From an uncultured Nitrospiraceae bacterium (GTDB lineage Bacteria > Nitrospirota > Nitrospiria > Nitrospirales > Nitrospiraceae): 64,000 bases of DNA. A model generated the notes under the pieces. It was not told the DNA's origin and did no database searches. It saw nothing but the letters and a program-made list of their open reading frames with translations. The stretch lies in the NCBI GenBank assembly GCA_963846575.1, contig CAWJWJ010000002.1, forward strand, positions 1,696,001 to 1,760,000, read 5' to 3'. The first letter of the stretch is position 1; every line of letters begins with the position of its first letter. The position numbers were made by a program, and so were the translations under genes. Positions 60,971 to 64,000 of this stretch are shown here, piece after piece.

Positions 60971-62218
60971 GTGCAGCACCTCGTCCGCATTGGGTCATTC
61001 ATGCTCTTCATCAGCTGCCTGGCACCGCAACTCCTCTCGGCTCAGGCCACGCTAGCCCCGCCGCGCCAGCTGCAGGTGTTCGACACCCCCAGCGATGGGG
61101 GAGGCAGCCTCACTGTGACCTGGGCCGCATCCCCCACCGACAGCGCGAGCGTCAAGTATCAGATCCTCCTTCACGAAGGAGGCGCGCATCAAGACGCCGC
61201 CGGATGGAAAGTCCTCGCCGAATTTCCGGCGAACAGTCACTATGTCCGCGAAGCGAAGGCGGCCTGGTGGACGAAGCCGGGCGCGCCGGACGACCACGTC
61301 TTTTTCGTTAAAAACGGCAAGGGCACGGAACTCAAGGCCGGGCAGTCGTACACCGTCACTGTCGCGGCCGTGAATGGCGAGGAGCGGTCGATCGCCCCAC
61401 CGGTGGTGGCTTCCCCCGAGCCCAACTGGATGAACTGGAATCAACTGAACAATCTGGTGCTGGCCCTGCTGTTCGGGGGCGTCGTGTTTTACGCGATCAA
61501 TCTGGCGCGACGCAAAGAGATCTTTCTGCGACGCATCCCCGGGCTCGACGCGGTCGATGAAGCGATCGGCCGCGCGACGGAATTGGGCAAACCCGTGCTC
61601 TACATGACCGGGGCGCACGATATGCACGACCCTGCCACGATCGCCGCGGCAATCATTTTGGGCCGGGTGGCCAAGAGGGCCGCCTCCTATGAGACAGAAC
61701 TATTGGTCCCGCACCGCGAACCCATTACCATGGCAGTCTGCCAGGAAATTACCAAACAAGCCTATCTCGAAGCAGGGAAGCCGGACCTGTTCAAGGACGA
61801 CGCCAATTTTTTTATCACCAGCGACCAGTTTAGTTACACCGCGGCCGTGGACGGCATCATGCTCCGGCGGAAACCGGCCGCGAATTTTTTCATGGGCTCG
61901 TACTTTGCGGAATCGCTGCTCCTCACCGAAACCGGGGCCAGCACGGGCGCGATTCAAATCGCGGGGACCGATTCGGACCATCAACTCCCGTTCTTCGTCA
62001 CCACCTGCGACTACACCCTGATCGGAGAGGAGCTGTACGCCGCCAGTGCCTACCTGTCGAAGGAACCGATCCAGGTCGGCACACTGCGCGGACAGGACCT
62101 CGGCAAGGCGTTCATCCTCGCCGTCATCGGCATCGGAACGCTGCTGGCGACAGTCGCCGTCGTCACCGGCGCCACCTGGCCGCAGCCGCTCCTCGACCTC
62201 TTTAAGGATCTGAAATGA
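60971..62218 (+). CDS. Membrane protein: signal peptide + fibronectin type III-like domain + DUF6754-like domain
   Basis: APPRQL..DTPSDGGGSLTVTW..YTVTVAAV (FN3-like); TM helix; RRIPGLDAVDEAIGRATELG, DYTLIGEELYAASAYL; C-terminal TM. Confidence 0.75.
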   Translation: MQHLVRIGSFMLFISCLAPQLLSAQATLAPPRQLQVFDTPSDGGGSLTVTWAASPTDSASVKYQILLHEGGAHQDAAGWKVLAEFPANSHYVREAKAAWWTKPGAPDDHVFFVKNGKGTELKAGQSYTVTVAAVNGEERSIAPPVVASPEPNWMNWNQLNNLVLALLFGGVVFYAINLARRKEIFLRRIPGLDAVDEAIGRATELGKPVLYMTGAHDMHDPATIAAAIILGRVAKRAASYETELLVPHREPITMAVCQEITKQAYLEAGKPDLFKDDANFFITSDQFSYTAAVDGIMLRRKPAANFFMGSYFAESLLLTETGASTGAIQIAGTDSDHQLPFFVTTCDYTLIGEELYAASAYLSKEPIQVGTLRGQDLGKAFILAVIGIGTLLATVAVVTGATWPQPLLDLFKDLK

Positions 62219-62865
62219 TTTTCCTTCGCCGGCAGCTCCCGCTCCTCATCACGATGGTGACCGGTCTGGTGATGGCCGCGCAGTATTACGTGCCCCATCC
62301 GGCCTCGGAGCATCTGCTCACCACCATCACCAAATGGCTTCAGATCATCGGTGGGTTCGCGCTGGTGCTGGGCATCACCAGCCTCTTTCATGTACATGCC
62401 GCAAAAATCAGACGCAAGGAAGCCGGCTGGGGGTATAGCCTCGTCCTCTATGCGGGCATGCTGGGCACCATCGTCGTGGGGCTCTGGAACGGCGGTAAGG
62501 AGAGCATCGACGGGGCGTTGACCGCCTTCGGATGGGTCTATACCTACACGCTCGTCCCGCTCCAAGGGACGATGTTCGCCATCCTCGCGTTCTTCATCGC
62601 CTCCGCCGCTTACCGGTCCTTTCGTGCGCGCAGCCGGGAGGCCGCTGTGCTGCTGGTGGCTGCCGTCATTGTCATGATGGGCCGCGTGCCCCTGGGTGAA
62701 TATCTCCTACCACTCAGCGGGGACCTGTCGAGCTGGATTTTGAACGTGTTGAATGCGTCCGTCCGGCGAGCCATTCTCATCGGAGTCAGCCTGGGGGCCG
62801 TGGCACTTTCATTCAAGATCATTTTCGGGGTCGAGCGGTCCTATCTCGGCGGAGGCAAGGACTAA
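62215..62865 (+). CDS. Polytopic membrane protein (about 6 TM)
   Basis: PLQGTMFAILAFFIASAAYRSFRARS, GRVPLG, RAILIG..G..GVER; ATGA overlap with the previous gene. Confidence 0.75.
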   Translation: MIFLRRQLPLLITMVTGLVMAAQYYVPHPASEHLLTTITKWLQIIGGFALVLGITSLFHVHAAKIRRKEAGWGYSLVLYAGMLGTIVVGLWNGGKESIDGALTAFGWVYTYTLVPLQGTMFAILAFFIASAAYRSFRARSREAAVLLVAAVIVMMGRVPLGEYLLPLSGDLSSWILNVLNASVRRAILIGVSLGAVALSFKIIFGVERSYLGGGKD

Positions 62866-62869
62866 TCCC

Positions 62870-63715
62870 ATGAGCTTCGCTGAGCGTATGTTGCGGATCG
62901 ACCGGCGAATCATCTTTCTGGTGATCGGGCTGTGCACACTCTTGCCACTGCTCTTCCCCGTCGGGCTCCCAATCAAGATTTCGTCTGAAGTGCGCGGCGT
63001 GCACGACTATATCGAAGGGCTTCCGGAGGGGTCGGTGTTCCTGCTCTCCATGGATTTCGACCCGGCCTCGAAACCTGAACTCTATCCCCAGGCCATCGCG
63101 ATCCTGCGGCATGCGTTTCGAAAAAATCTCCGTGTTATCGGGATGACCCTTTGGGTGTCAGGCACCGGCCTGGCGGATCAAATCATTTCGCAAACGGCCA
63201 GGGAAGCAGGCAAGGAACCCGGCAAGGATTACGTCTTTTTGGGCTGGAGCCCGGGCGGGAGCGCCGTCATCTTGAACATGGGACAGGACATTTACAATAC
63301 GTTCCCGGCCGACTATGGAGGCCGGGCAACCAAGGGCCTGCCGGTCTTGACGGGAGTGCAAAACCTGCGCGATGTGAATTACGCCGTCAGCCTCGGGGCC
63401 GGAAATCCAGGGGTCGAGGCCTGGTACGTCTTCGGCAAGGACAAGTATAAGTTCGAGCTTGGCGGAGGCTGCACGGGCGTCATTGCGCCGGGTCTGTACC
63501 CGCTGTTGCGAAGCGGCCAGATCAACGGGCTCATAGGCGGTCTCCGTGGAGCCGCGGAGTACGAGACGCTGATCGGGCAGAAGGGGAAGGCCGTCGCCGG
63601 CATGGATGCTCAATCGGCAACGCACTTGGCCATCATCGTGCTTGTGGCGATCTGTAACATGTTTTATTTTGCGTTACGGCGACAACAGCGTCGCCAGGAC
63701 GGGATAGGATCGTAG
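62870..63715 (+). CDS. Membrane-anchored protein (N- and C-terminal TM, central alpha/beta domain)
   Basis: IDRRIIFL TM; SMDFDPASKPEL, GKDYVFLG, GQINGLIGGLRGAAEYE, MDAQS; C-terminal TM. Confidence 0.75.
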   Translation: MSFAERMLRIDRRIIFLVIGLCTLLPLLFPVGLPIKISSEVRGVHDYIEGLPEGSVFLLSMDFDPASKPELYPQAIAILRHAFRKNLRVIGMTLWVSGTGLADQIISQTAREAGKEPGKDYVFLGWSPGGSAVILNMGQDIYNTFPADYGGRATKGLPVLTGVQNLRDVNYAVSLGAGNPGVEAWYVFGKDKYKFELGGGCTGVIAPGLYPLLRSGQINGLIGGLRGAAEYETLIGQKGKAVAGMDAQSATHLAIIVLVAICNMFYFALRRQQRRQDGIGS

Positions 63716-63720
63716 ACACC

Positions 63721-64000
63721 ATGGACCTCTCCTTCACCGTCATACTCGGCGCCTGGCTCGCCACGGGACTCACCCTCTTCATCTTCTCCTTCCTCTACGA
63801 GGACAATCCGCTGTTCAAACTCGCCGAACATCTCTACGTCGGCGTCTCGCTCGGCTATACGATCGTCAAGACCTATGACACGGTCATCATGACCTTGATC
63901 CTCCGTCCGATCCTCGACAAGGGCGAATGGTCGCTCCTGATTCCGGTCGCCATCGGCACACTCATGTTGACCCGCTATGTCCCGAAAGCCGCCTGGCTGT
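63721..64000 (+). CDS. Polytopic membrane protein, 3'-truncated by window edge (absent from ORF track)
   Basis: ATG 5 bp after the previous stop; open to the end: MDLSFTVILGAWLATGLTLFIFSFLYEDNPLFKLAEHLYVGVSLGY... Confidence 0.75.
   Translation, partial: MDLSFTVILGAWLATGLTLFIFSFLYEDNPLFKLAEHLYVGVSLGYTIVKTYDTVIMTLILRPILDKGEWSLLIPVAIGTLMLTRYVPKAAWL

Noticed and set aside
1..64000. tRNA/rRNA, IS elements, prophage, defence systems
   Set aside because: No such motifs or genes recognised by eye; a tRNAscan/Infernal run would be needed to fully exclude small RNAs.

Overview
Chromosomal bacterial DNA, GC-rich by eye. Gene content and protein style suggest Nitrospira; this is inference, as no marker rRNA is present. 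I saw no rRNA, tRNA, CRISPR array, transposase, integrase or phage gene. The window has five blocks. (1) 1-5 kb: tail of a sugar-nucleotide/glycosylation cluster (wecB, TPR protein, bi-domain oxidoreductase) and a response regulator behind a sigma28-like promoter. (2) 5.6-14.8 kb: a phosphate-starvation locus (sixA, ppx, an internally shortened phoU, psiE-family gene, an unannotated 39-aa membrane peptide, orphan pstS, OprO/P-type porin, atypical OmpR/PhoB regulator) with several 11-bp-periodic Pho-box-like arrays. (3) 15-33 kb: mixed metabolism and stress genes, including a DUF255-aldo/keto-reductase fusion, a secreted triple-repeat peptide, a frameshifted ACT-malic enzyme, rnd, gltA, hsp20 and fumC. 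(4) 33-57 kb: housekeeping genes (nadK, clpC, tsaD, hflX, nth, yicC, gmk, rpoZ, coaBC, aroQ, efp, accBC, thiE, bioD, putA, desaturase, mrp, Rieske ferredoxin); hflX and thiE appear to begin at non-canonical ATC and ACG codons. (5) 57.4 kb to the end: the best candidate for an undescribed system, a single operon behind a near-consensus sigma70 promoter encoding a GlmL/MutL-like actin-fold ATPase with no glutamate mutase in view, a soluble beta-rich protein, an FN3+DUF6754-like membrane protein and further membrane subunits that run off the window. In this assembly the ATPase gene carries about 7-8 indels, probably consensus errors.
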